A DNA stretch of 33,574 nucleotides, taken from Candidatus Heimdallarchaeota archaeon (GTDB taxonomy: Archaea > Asgardarchaeota > Heimdallarchaeia > Heimdallarchaeales > Heimdallarchaeaceae). Each line of letters begins with the position of its first letter. Position 1 is the first letter of the stretch. Positions 16,895-26,088 of the stretch are shown here, one piece after another. Under the pieces are notes generated by a model. It was not told the origin of the DNA. It made no database searches and was given only the letters and a program-made list of their open reading frames with translations. The translations under genes were made by a program, and so were the position numbers. Location of the stretch: NCBI GenBank assembly GCA_030668825.1, contig DAOVET010000023.1, positions 1 to 33,574 on the forward strand. The letters are read 5' to 3'.

Positions 16895-17100
16895 TTATGA
16901 CACCAATCTTGATTCGCTAGGTTTTATGTTTTTTATCACTTGCTAAAGAATGTTTTCTCGCAACGATTAAAAAAGAGAAGGATTTAGACGTTTTTTGAAG
17001 GTATTTTCTAGAGTTGAACATCTTAAACACTATTAAACATCGATTTTAATCATTTGTTTTACAGAAAAGTTCATAACTTTCCATGAGCGCTTCTAAGTGC

Positions 17101-17934
17101 ATGCTTACTGAGTCAGATGAATCTAGCTATGTACATAAGGTTCGACCAAGAATTTCTACTATCTTCTTATTGCTGATAATAGATGCTCTTGCTTACTATG
17201 TCCCTTACAGAAATGATGTACTCATTGGAGATTTGTTTGGTTTGTCACTCTGGTTTTATTTTGGACTACTTAACGCCATTTTGATTGTTTTAGTTTATAT
17301 TTTTGTCAAAGGTCAAGTGTCTATAGACTTTTCTTCAAAAAAAGTGATCTTCCATGAATTCACTAAAAGTATGTCTTGGAATTTTGATGAATTAAGAGGC
17401 GTTTATTTCCTCGCGTATTACGGAGATTACCTTGTTAGAATCAGAACACATAGATTGAGATTGTTGGATATTCGATTAAATTTTGATGAAGCCTATGAGC
17501 TTATTGATAAATTCGAAGAGGCTGGAATCCATCTTACAACTATTAGACAAGATCAAGGCAAGCGAATTTCTAATACTTTTCCCCTTCTGCTCTCTAAATT
17601 TGAGAAGAAAAAACCAAAAGGATTCAATCCAGAAATTCCTGATTGGAGTCGTAATGTCTCCTTGAAAACTAAACTGATTTCAATTACCATGGCTCCATTT
17701 CTTTACATTTTAGGGGCTACATTAATAGTCCGCATTCCTTATTTATTAACAGGTCTTACTGCAACTAAAGGGATTGTAACTTTTGTTTACGGCTTTACTG
17801 CATTCTTGCTTTTTGATGGTGGGCTGTATTTACTCTTCGGAATGTCAGTATTGGTTTTACTAGCTAAACGAATCATAAAAAGTAGTTCATCCTCTCAATC
17901 AGCTGAAAATCCAGATCTACCCACTAATGAGTAA
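17101..17934 (+). CDS. Hypothetical membrane protein (2 TM + soluble domain + 2 TM)
   Basis: Long ORF with a clear hydrophobic pattern; start either ATG 17083 or ATG 17101. Confidence 0.7.
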   Translation: MLTESDESSYVHKVRPRISTIFLLLIIDALAYYVPYRNDVLIGDLFGLSLWFYFGLLNAILIVLVYIFVKGQVSIDFSSKKVIFHEFTKSMSWNFDELRGVYFLAYYGDYLVRIRTHRLRLLDIRLNFDEAYELIDKFEEAGIHLTTIRQDQGKRISNTFPLLLSKFEKKKPKGFNPEIPDWSRNVSLKTKLISITMAPFLYILGATLIVRIPYLLTGLTATKGIVTFVYGFTAFLLFDGGLYLLFGMSVLVLLAKRIIKSSSSSQSAENPDLPTNE

Positions 17935-17964
17935 GTTTAATTTATTTCAGATTTATTTCACTCT

Positions 17965-18519
17965 ATGACTGAATTTCTCGGATTAATTGGATCTTGTGCA
18001 AGAACTCAAGAGAGAAATGCCTCTAGCGAACTCTATTATCTGCTTACAGAATTATTAGGTTATCAGAATGTAGATATTTCACCTGATTCTGCTATTTCTG
18101 GTTTGTTTATAGCAAAATTTGAAGAGGATCCTATCAAGACTCTTCAAAGAATTGAAGAAGAGCTTGAAAAGGATAGAACTGTTTTACAATATACACTCAA
18201 ACTTGTTCCTACTCAATATCGAGTTGCCACAACTTTGGAGAACATGAGGGAAATAACAAAAAAAATCATCGCTAAGATTAAGGATGATGACTCTTGGAGA
18301 GTCACTCTTCGTAGAAGACATTCACAGCTTTCTCGTAATGAAATAATAACAGCTGTAGCTTCCGAAGTTAATGTTGGAAAGGTAATGCTAGATAACCCAC
18401 GCCATTACATAATAGTAGAAATTCTTGGAAAATGGACCTATCTGTCTCTATCACCACAAGCTGAACTATCAATTTCACTGGATGAAGATCTTACCCCTGA
18501 AAACGATTTTACATTTTAG
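17965..18519 (+). CDS. THUMP-domain RNA-binding protein (archaeal Tan1-like)
   Basis: SWRVTLRRRH, KVMLDNPRHYIIVEILGKWTYLS and LKLVP motifs. Confidence 0.85.
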   Translation: MTEFLGLIGSCARTQERNASSELYYLLTELLGYQNVDISPDSAISGLFIAKFEEDPIKTLQRIEEELEKDRTVLQYTLKLVPTQYRVATTLENMREITKKIIAKIKDDDSWRVTLRRRHSQLSRNEIITAVASEVNVGKVMLDNPRHYIIVEILGKWTYLSLSPQAELSISLDEDLTPENDFTF

Positions 18520-18587
18520 AAAAGAAAAAATAAAAAAAAATAAAAGAGTTTGAATTAGTATTTTCAAACTTAGAGGTCTCTGGCTAT

Positions 18588-18758
18588 TTAAAGGTCTCTT
18601 GCGGAAACAGTTTTTCTTCCATTTGCTTTGGCTCTGCCAGCTGCTGATTTAACAAGTATAGCAACTTTTTCGTCTAAAGCTTTTAGAAGGTCACCGCCGA
18701 CTTTATAATCTCCAAGTTCCTTGACGTATTCTCTGACTTTAGATTGTACGATCATCAT
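18588..18758 (-). CDS. Histone-fold protein, short alpha3 / face-to-face type (missing from ORF track)
   Basis: Manual translation: MMIVQSKVREYVKELGDYKVGGDLLKALDEKVAILVKSAAGRAKANGRKTVSARDL (56 aa). Has RAxxNGRKTV-x3-D and its own BRE/TATA. Confidence 0.92.
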   Translation of the reverse strand: MMIVQSKVREYVKELGDYKVGGDLLKALDEKVAILVKSAAGRAKANGRKTVSARDL

Positions 18759-18825
18759 TTTACTTGCACTTCTGTCGGTTTTGACTTGCCACGGGGGGCA
18801 AGTACGTTAATAACTTCCGTACTCT

Positions 18826-18842
18826 TATTAAAAACCTTTTCG
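18826..18842 (-). promoter_or_regulatory. BRE-TATA promoter of the histone gene
   Basis: Minus strand reads CGAAAAGG-TTTTTAATA, predicting a TSS near 18805. Confidence 0.65.
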
Positions 18843-19059
18843 GTTATGTCGAAAAATTACGGTATTACACACGTTCTAATTGAAGAATTCGTTAAAAATG
18901 TTTTTTTTAAGTCCTAAAACTGCAGTTTTCACCGTTTACAGGCTATTTTGTCCTTAAATTGCAACGGAGTTAATTTTGGGGGTATTTCATGGTTTTAAAA
19001 GCATATGGAAAAAGGCAGTTATTTATCTACAAAAAATTGAAGAAAAAAGATAGTTTTGA

Positions 19060-20346
19060 TTATAAATTCTCTTTGAGTAAATTGCCGAGTTTACGAATAC
19101 CTACATCAATCATATCTTTTGACACAAATGAGTACCCTATTCTCATTCCACCAACGATCACTTTAAGTGGTTCAATCGCTCTAGCTTCAGGGTCATATGA
19201 ATGTCCACTAGGTGGATAAAACGCTGCTCCTGGAACCACCAGAACTTCGTTGGGCATTAAAACTTCTTGGTTAAACTTTCTTACATCAAATGTATAGGCC
19301 TTTTCTCCTTTAGGTTGATACCAGATAAAGAATCCTCCTGAGGGATTAGTGAAATCACCTTCTGGAAAAGTATCTAAGAGTCCGTTATATGCTGCATCTT
19401 TCTGTTCCTTGTACTTTTGGATAATTTTTGGTAATTCGGTGTCTATATGTTTATCATAATAGATTTCAGCAACTCTTTGTGTAAGAGTTGGAGTACAGAG
19501 ATCTAAATATCCCTTTGATTTCTCAGCTTCTGCAAATAAATAATCTGGCAAAATAGTATACCCGATTCTAAGTGGAGCTGCTTCTTTTGAAGAAGTTGAA
19601 GTGTATATTACACGCTCATTATCTTTATCAAGAGTTTTCATAGAAGGTTTTCTGTCTTCAAATTGCATCTCTTTGTAAGCTGCATCACAAATAACTATAA
19701 CATCATGTCTCTCTGCAATGTCAAACAACTGTTCTCTTCTTTTTACCGGGAGAGTTGTCCCTTTTGGATTGTCACTATCTTCAACCACATAGAGAATTTT
19801 TACTTTTCTTCCAAATTTCTTTTCAGCCTTTATGATTGTATCTTCAACATATTCGGGAATTAATCCTTCATTATCTGTCGGAGCTGTAACCACGTGGCCT
19901 CCAACTTTAACAACAGTTGTGACAAATCCTAGATACGCTGGTGATGGAGTTATTACAATATCTCCTGGATTGATTAGAATATCTAAAGCTAAATAAATAG
20001 CTTGTTGAGAGCCAGTAGAGATTAGAACCTTCTCCCAATCTTCTGCTCCACTTATACAATTCAGTTTATCTTTTTTCACTAATCTTTCGGCAAGAACTTT
20101 TCTAAGTCCAGGCCAACCAGCTGTCTGACCATATTGAAATTCATTTATTACTCTTTGTTCGTCAGCATCATAATATTCTGCTAGTTCTCGTAAAATCTGT
20201 GGAAATACTTTTGTTGGTAGATTACCAGGTAAACCTCCAGCAAGATAATATTTTGTTTTGTTTTTTAACAATCGTCTGATTTCGCTTTCAGGAACATCTT
20301 GTGTCCAATCTGCTAAAATCTCTCTCATGGGATCCATATCTTTCAC
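19060..20346 (-). CDS. PLP-dependent aminotransferase class I/II (aromatic / 2-aminoadipate type)
   Basis: LAGGLP, QYGQTAG, STGSQQA, NPKG, DAAY, PLP lysine in STSSKEAAPLRIGY, PSGGFFIW. Confidence 0.9.
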   Translation of the reverse strand: MKDMDPMREILADWTQDVPESEIRRLLKNKTKYYLAGGLPGNLPTKVFPQILRELAEYYDADEQRVINEFQYGQTAGWPGLRKVLAERLVKKDKLNCISGAEDWEKVLISTGSQQAIYLALDILINPGDIVITPSPAYLGFVTTVVKVGGHVVTAPTDNEGLIPEYVEDTIIKAEKKFGRKVKILYVVEDSDNPKGTTLPVKRREQLFDIAERHDVIVICDAAYKEMQFEDRKPSMKTLDKDNERVIYTSTSSKEAAPLRIGYTILPDYLFAEAEKSKGYLDLCTPTLTQRVAEIYYDKHIDTELPKIIQKYKEQKDAAYNGLLDTFPEGDFTNPSGGFFIWYQPKGEKAYTFDVRKFNQEVLMPNEVLVVPGAAFYPPSGHSYDPEARAIEPLKVIVGGMRIGYSFVSKDMIDVGIRKLGNLLKENL

Positions 20347-20467
20347 ATCAACTTTAACACGGTTTCTAGAACCGTAGTTGATAAAGATGGTTCATCTAAA
20401 AGATTTTCTCTACAACACCCCTGACTTCACTCACTAAACTTTTGAAGTACCACTACCTTATGCTTTT

Positions 20468-21640
20468 ATGGAGAATATTAGAACAGCTATTGTGGGTGGT
20501 GGTCCTGCTGGTTTACAAGCAGCCATTTCTTTGTCTAGAGCAGGTATGACCCCTACTGTTTTTGAAGAGCACTCTTCTATCGGTCAACCCATTCAGTGTG
20601 GGGAAGGTCTAAGTATCCAAGCTTTTGATGATTTTTCAATACCTATTGAAGAAAGTAAGTTATGGATAAATCTCCATAAAAAATGCAAGTTGGTTTTTCC
20701 AGAGAATAGAGCTACCTATGGAGATACTCAAGCATACATGATTCGAAGAGATAAATTTGATCAATACTTAGCGAAGAAAGCAATAAATCTTGGAGCAGAA
20801 ATAATTACAGCGACTAAAGTTCATTCCATTCAACAGAATCCAGAGGGAGTAATACTAAACATAAAAGGAGATGAAACAAAGAGAATTCAAAGTGATTTAG
20901 TTATACTAGCAGAAGGAGCAAGAGCTAAACTTGCTCAAAGGTTGAATTTTGTACCTCCCTCTCCTCTGATTTATGGTTTTGAGTATAAAATAGAAGGTGA
21001 ATGGGGGAAAGAGTTAGAATTTCATTTCGATTCAGAAAAATATCCTTATGGATATGTCTGGATATTTCCAAGAAAAAACGAAACAAATATTGGGATTGTT
21101 ACTACGGCAAAAGAGAGAAAAAAGAGATTAGATAATTTCTTGAAACAAAATAATATTACAGGTAAGATTTTGAAGAAGATGGGTGGTCCAATTCCAATGA
21201 AAGGTCCAATACCTAAGCTCTACCGTGATAATGTGTTGGTTGTAGGAGATACTGCTGGAATGGTTAACCCCATTTTCTATGGCGGAATTAGAATGGGAAT
21301 GACGAGTGGGGAAATTGCAGGAAAAATAGGTGCTAAATTTTTAACCAGTAAAGAGGAAAACCAATTCTATTCTTTATCAAATTATCAATCAGAAATTTTG
21401 AAGTTCAAATTTATGGATGAAATCAATCTTAAATGCCATAACTTTTTTTACAGCCGTTCCAATAAATTCCTCTCCAAACTAGGAAAAATCTTGAATGACC
21501 AATATATCAATAGGATCTCAGGAAGGGAAAAAATCAAAGTTTTTTCCAATTTAATAAAAGAACCTGGACTTCTAAGACACCCAAAAGGATTGCTCCAAAT
21601 CTATAAAGGCTTCAAAATAGCTAGAGACTGGGGGTTCTAA
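20468..21640 (+). CDS. Geranylgeranyl reductase family (DGGGPL reductase-like)
   Basis: GGGPAG, QCGEGL, RDKFD, PYGYVWIFP and VGDTAGMVNP motifs. Confidence 0.88.
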   Translation: MENIRTAIVGGGPAGLQAAISLSRAGMTPTVFEEHSSIGQPIQCGEGLSIQAFDDFSIPIEESKLWINLHKKCKLVFPENRATYGDTQAYMIRRDKFDQYLAKKAINLGAEIITATKVHSIQQNPEGVILNIKGDETKRIQSDLVILAEGARAKLAQRLNFVPPSPLIYGFEYKIEGEWGKELEFHFDSEKYPYGYVWIFPRKNETNIGIVTTAKERKKRLDNFLKQNNITGKILKKMGGPIPMKGPIPKLYRDNVLVVGDTAGMVNPIFYGGIRMGMTSGEIAGKIGAKFLTSKEENQFYSLSNYQSEILKFKFMDEINLKCHNFFYSRSNKFLSKLGKILNDQYINRISGREKIKVFSNLIKEPGLLRHPKGLLQIYKGFKIARDWGF

Positions 21641-21695
21641 TTTATCATCTAACATAATAGTTAAATGTGTGATACTGTAGGAGAGATTGACTGAA

Positions 21696-21887
21696 ATGAT
21701 TATTCCAGTAAGATGTTTTACTTGTGGAACTTTGATTGCTGATAAATGGGATGAATTTAAGATAAAAATCAAAGAGGGAGAAAATCCTGAAAAAACTCTT
21801 GATAAGTTAAATGTCAAAAGATGGTGCTGTCGTAGAATGTTAGTTTCTCATATAGATTTAATTGAAGATTTTCTACCTTTCACCTAA
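21696..21887 (+). CDS. rpoN: RNA polymerase subunit N (Rpo10)
   Basis: [11 protein letters not shown]...RWCCRRM. Confidence 0.96.
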   Translation: MIIPVRCFTCGTLIADKWDEFKIKIKEGENPEKTLDKLNVKRWCCRRMLVSHIDLIEDFLPFT

Positions 21888-22001
21888 AAGTTGGATTTTT
21901 TTTCCTACTAAAAGAACAGAAAGTTTTTAATCAAAACATTAGAGCTCTTATTACTTACACTTTGTGGAAATCGATATTAAACACAAAACTGAGGATGCAA
22001 A

Positions 22002-22637
22002 ATGTCAGAAGAATCAGAAGAAAAAACCACTGAAGAAATACTACTAATTCCTAGAGATACCTATCTGGTTTCTGGTATTCATATTGGTACTAGTGTTTGC
22101 ACTAAATTTATGGAGCCCTTCAAATACAGAGTAAGAAATGATGGCATATATGTATTGGATGTTAATACAACAGATGAAAGAATACGTATTGCAGCCAAAT
22201 TCCTAAGTCGTTTTGAACCATCAAAAGTAGCTGTATTCGCTACCAGGCAGTATGCTTCAGTTCCAAGTACAAAAATGGCTAGATTAGCGGGGTTTAAAGC
22301 CATTCCAGGACGATTTATACCCGGAACTCTAACCAATCCTTCATATGAAGGTTATATTGAACCAGATGTAGTTGTCCTCACAGATCCAAGAGCTGATAAA
22401 CAAGCATTAACAGAAGCTGCTTCTAGAGGTATTCCTATCGTAGCTCTATGTGATACAGATAATGCTACAAATCACGTTGATTTAGTTATGCCAGTTAACA
22501 ATAAAGGTCGTAAGTCCCTTGCACAAGTGTATTATTTGATGACAAGAGAAATACTTCGTGCTAGAGGCGAATTGGGAGAAACTGAAGATTTACAAGAAAC
22601 TGCTGATGATTTTGCTTTCAAATTATTGAGGGAATAA
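22002..22637 (+). CDS. rps2: 30S ribosomal protein uS2
   Basis: YLVSGIHIGT, GRFIPGTLTNP, LCDTDN, PVNNKGRKSL. Confidence 0.96.
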   Translation: MSEESEEKTTEEILLIPRDTYLVSGIHIGTSVCTKFMEPFKYRVRNDGIYVLDVNTTDERIRIAAKFLSRFEPSKVAVFATRQYASVPSTKMARLAGFKAIPGRFIPGTLTNPSYEGYIEPDVVVLTDPRADKQALTEAASRGIPIVALCDTDNATNHVDLVMPVNNKGRKSLAQVYYLMTREILRARGELGETEDLQETADDFAFKLLRE

Positions 22638-22695
22638 TCACACTCTTCTTCTTATTTTTGAAAAAGATTTTATTAGGTTAAGCACATCTTTGATT

Positions 22696-23664
22696 ATGGA
22701 TGTGAATACAGTGGAATTTTCAGCACCAGGAAAAATAATTCTTTTTGGTGAGCATGCTGTTGTTTATAAACATCCTGCAATTGCTGCTGCAATAGATTTA
22801 CGCGCAAAAAGTTCTATTTCTGCTTCATCAAAACAGATTTCCGTTTTATCTGTTCCTGATTTATTTCCCAAGAAGCTCTTTGATTTAAATCTCACTTCCT
22901 TACCCGAAAATCTTACTGTTTTGAAGTTCGTTATAGATTCACTCCTCGAAGTTACTGAATCGAGCAAAAATCCTGCAATAGAAATTTCTTCTCAAATTCC
23001 GCCATCTGCTGGTTTAGGTTCAAGTGCAGCGGTTTTAGTATCACTTATTGCAAGTTTTTCTAAATTCCTTGGAATGGATATTGATTTGCATGAAATAAAC
23101 AAACTTGCATATGAATCTGAGAAAATTATTCATAGTTTTCCTTCAGGTATAGATAATACTATTTCTACATATGGGGGTGGAATACTATATGAAAACGGAG
23201 TAATGAAAGAGCTATCTTTTCAGCTTTCTTCTAACTATGTAGTCATTATTAATAGTTTAATCCCAAGAAACACAAAAGATTTAGTTGAAAATGTAAGGAA
23301 AAAATATGAGAAAAACCCAACTGCTATTCAAGGAATCTTTCATGACATCCATAACATTGTGAACGATGCAGAAAAAGCTTTGAAAGCTGGGGATTTAACC
23401 CAAATTGGTGAATTAATGTCTTCAAATCATCAACTATTAAGAGACCTTGGTGTTAGCCATAGAACTTTAGATGAGATCGTAAAAATTCTTGACAAGAAAA
23501 GAGCATTGGGTAGTAAGCTTACTGGAGCTGGAGGGGGTGGTTGTGTGATATCACTGTTTGATGATTACCATAGAGCAACAGAAGTAATAGAATTAATGAA
23601 GGAAAAGAACTTTCAAGCTTTTATTTCAAACTTTTCAAATGATGGTGTAAGGAATGAATTGTAA
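22696..23664 (+). CDS. mvk: Mevalonate kinase
   Basis: SAPGKIILFGEHAVVY, PPSAGLGSSAA, SGID, KLTGAGGGG. Confidence 0.94.
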   Translation: MDVNTVEFSAPGKIILFGEHAVVYKHPAIAAAIDLRAKSSISASSKQISVLSVPDLFPKKLFDLNLTSLPENLTVLKFVIDSLLEVTESSKNPAIEISSQIPPSAGLGSSAAVLVSLIASFSKFLGMDIDLHEINKLAYESEKIIHSFPSGIDNTISTYGGGILYENGVMKELSFQLSSNYVVIINSLIPRNTKDLVENVRKKYEKNPTAIQGIFHDIHNIVNDAEKALKAGDLTQIGELMSSNHQLLRDLGVSHRTLDEIVKILDKKRALGSKLTGAGGGGCVISLFDDYHRATEVIELMKEKNFQAFISNFSNDGVRNEL

Positions 23665-24460
23665 TAGTATAGATGTAATAAAAATTGGTGGATCTGTTAT
23701 TACTGACAAATCATCTTATCTTAAAGTTAGAAAGGAGAATTTAACTAAGATATGCAAACAACTTGAGAATTGGGATAAACCCCTCATTATAGTTCATGGT
23801 GCCGGATCTTTTGGACATATAGTGGCAGAAAAACATTCGATTCAATCTGGTTTCAAAGACATAAGTCAACTTGATGGGATTGTAAAAATTAGACAAGATA
23901 TGTCTTCCCTTACACAAGAAGTAGTATCTTGTTTAATGGAGAACGAAGTAAAAGCAATGGGATTTCAAACTAGTGCGTTAGCTTATTCAGAAGATAATGA
24001 AAATTCATATTTTCTTAAACCTGTGGAAAAGGCTCTTTCATTGGGCATTTGCCCGATTTTATCCGGAGATGTTTTGTTTGTTGAAAAGGAAGGTTTTACC
24101 ATTCATAGTGGAGATTCGATTATTAACGATCTTGTCAAAAATTTCAGTGTGAATCAAGTTATCTTTCTTACCGATGTTGATGGCTTATTCGAGAAGACAG
24201 AAGATGAAAACGCAAGGAAGCTTGTTAGGAAACTAAGTTATCAGGATTTAGAAAAGTTTCAAGCAGAAGAGATGAAAAATGATATCGTTGATGTTACAGG
24301 ATCTATGCAAGGCAAAATTGAAGAGATAAGCAAATTATTGAAATATGTTGATAAAGTTGTCATTTTGAATGGACTTTTTCCTAAAAGACTAAGATTTGTT
24401 CTAAATAATGAAGAAGTGGTAAGTACAACCATATTGGGTGAAAAATCTACTCAAAGATAA
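23654..24460 (+). CDS. ipk: Isopentenyl phosphate kinase
   Basis: KIGGSVITDK, VHGAGSFGH, SGD, DVTGSMQGK; overlaps the end of mvk. Confidence 0.92.
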   Translation: MNCNSIDVIKIGGSVITDKSSYLKVRKENLTKICKQLENWDKPLIIVHGAGSFGHIVAEKHSIQSGFKDISQLDGIVKIRQDMSSLTQEVVSCLMENEVKAMGFQTSALAYSEDNENSYFLKPVEKALSLGICPILSGDVLFVEKEGFTIHSGDSIINDLVKNFSVNQVIFLTDVDGLFEKTEDENARKLVRKLSYQDLEKFQAEEMKNDIVDVTGSMQGKIEEISKLLKYVDKVVILNGLFPKRLRFVLNNEEVVSTTILGEKSTQR

Positions 24461-24487
24461 GTCTTTTAAACTAAATCCAAATTTTGT

Positions 24488-24533
24488 TTTCATACCTAAT
24501 GAAGGCACAATTATCTGTGTGCCCGAGGTGAAA
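24488..24533 (+). promoter_or_regulatory. K-turn in the rpl7ae 5' UTR (L7Ae autoregulatory element)
   Basis: ACC-TAAT-GA-A-GGCACA...TGTGCC-C-GA-GGT: bulge, tandem G.A pairs and a 6-bp NC stem. The 3' strand contains the SD GAGGTGA. Confidence 0.75.
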
Positions 24534-24538
24534 TAAAA

Positions 24539-24898
24539 ATGTACAAGAAATTTGATATTCCTGCTGAAGTCGTTAAAGAATCTTTAAGCATCTTAGAAAC
24601 TTCTTCCAAAACTGGTAAAATACGAAAAGGGACTAACGAAGTTACAAAAGCAATTGAAAGAAAGACTGCTTTAATTGTATATATTGCTGAAGATGTGAAC
24701 CCTCCTGAAATTGTTATGCATTTACCTCTTCTGTGTGAAGAGAATGATATTGTCTACACCTATGTAGCCACAAAAGATGATTTAGGCAAAGCCGCTGGCT
24801 TAAAAGTAGGTTCAGCTTCTATTGCTGTTGTAGATGGTGGAGAAGCTAAACAATCTATCAAAGGATTGAGAAACAAATTGAAGGAACTTAAGAAATAA
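24539..24898 (+). CDS. rpl7ae: 50S ribosomal protein L7Ae (eL8)
   Basis: GKIRKGTNEVTKAIER, IAEDVNPPEIVMHLPLLC. Confidence 0.96.
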   Translation: MYKKFDIPAEVVKESLSILETSSKTGKIRKGTNEVTKAIERKTALIVYIAEDVNPPEIVMHLPLLCEENDIVYTYVATKDDLGKAAGLKVGSASIAVVDGGEAKQSIKGLRNKLKELKK

Positions 24899-24912
24899 GC
24901 TAGGTGAAAAAA

Positions 24913-25134
24913 GTGAGCTCACGAGACGACGATAGGGCAACTCCTGCTGAAGTTATTCAAGTGCTAGCAAGAACTGGAAGTGTTGGGGAAGTTATCCAAG
25001 CAAGAGTTAAGGTTCTTGAAGGTAGAGATAAAAACAGAATCTTAACACGAAATCTTAAAGGTCCTGTTAGGAAAGGAGATGTCATCATGCTCCGAGAAAC
25101 CGAAAGGGAAGCTAAAAAAATACGTAAAAGATAA
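24913..25134 (+). CDS. rps28e: 30S ribosomal protein eS28
   Basis: [30 protein letters not shown]; GTG 24913 follows SD AGGTGA. Confidence 0.95.
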   Translation: MSSRDDDRATPAEVIQVLARTGSVGEVIQARVKVLEGRDKNRILTRNLKGPVRKGDVIMLRETEREAKKIRKR

Positions 25135-25144
25135 GTGATTAACA

Positions 25145-25333
25145 ATGCCACGAACACAAAAATGCTCATATTGTGGGAAAGAAATGGAACCTGGCTGTGG
25201 TATGCTTTTTGTTCAAAGAACAGGATCAGTACTCTATTTCTGTTCAAACAAATGTAAAAAATCACAACTGGTTCTAAAGCGAGATCCTAAAAAGTTGAAA
25301 TGGACAGAGAGATACGAAAGGAAATTTGTATAA
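25145..25333 (+). CDS. rpl24e: 50S ribosomal protein eL24
   Basis: CSYCGKEMEPGCG, FCSNKC, KLKWT. Confidence 0.95.
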   Translation: MPRTQKCSYCGKEMEPGCGMLFVQRTGSVLYFCSNKCKKSQLVLKRDPKKLKWTERYERKFV

Positions 25334-25465
25334 TTCCTTTCTCTATTAACTCTTTTTTTTAAACTCTGAATGTTTGTTGGTTCTGATTTTCAAGGTAAAT
25401 ATGGTTGAATCAATTAATTTTTATTATCACAGTAGAAATCTGTTACAAAATACAAGGTGTATAAA

Positions 25466-25915
25466 TTGGAACGAGAGTTTATTATGATTAAACCCGATGG
25501 TGTTCAAAGAGGACTTGTTGGGAAAGTAATCCAAAGAATTGAAAATGTAGGGTTCAAAGTAATCGGATTGAAAATGATTACTGTTACAATGGCTCAAGCA
25601 GAGGAGCAATATGCGATTCATAAAGAAAAACCATTCTACGAAGGTTTGTTAGAGTATATCACAAGTGGACCAGTTGTTGCAATGGTAGTCGAGGGGAAGG
25701 ATACGGTTAAGATTACTAGAAAAATAGTAGGTGCGACAAATCCAGCGGATGCAGAACCGGGGTCAATTAGAGGTGATTATGCCCTAGAAATAGGGAGAAA
25801 CATAATTCATGCTGGAGATACACCAGAAAATGCAATTGTAGAATATAAAATATATTTTGATGAATCGGAATTTGCTAATTACTCAAAAGTAGATGAAGAA
25901 TGGTTGTACGAATAA
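25466..25915 (+). CDS. ndk: Nucleoside diphosphate kinase
   Basis: IKPDGVQRGLVG, GATNP, PGSIRGD, RNIIHAGD; likely TTG start after SD AGGTG. Confidence 0.95.
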   Translation: MEREFIMIKPDGVQRGLVGKVIQRIENVGFKVIGLKMITVTMAQAEEQYAIHKEKPFYEGLLEYITSGPVVAMVVEGKDTVKITRKIVGATNPADAEPGSIRGDYALEIGRNIIHAGDTPENAIVEYKIYFDESEFANYSKVDEEWLYE

Positions 25916-26088
25916 TCAACTAGTCTTCAACTTTGTTTTTTTGATTAAAATTCATAAGCTTTTTCAACTGTTCGTTATAAAGGGATTCTTCTACTAAAAC
26001 TATGTTCAACCAATTTCTTTTTATTTGAAATAATCGAAAATTCTTTGAGATAGAACATATCATCAGATAAACTTCTGTGTGGAGCAAA

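Noticed and set aside
18989-19219. 76-aa ORF on +
   Set aside because: Mostly antisense to the aminotransferase 3' end and runs across its terminator tract.
25795-25820. NDK HAGD instead of HGSD/HASD as a sign of inactivation
   Set aside because: The catalytic His and all other motifs are intact in conserved context; a single substitution is insufficient evidence.
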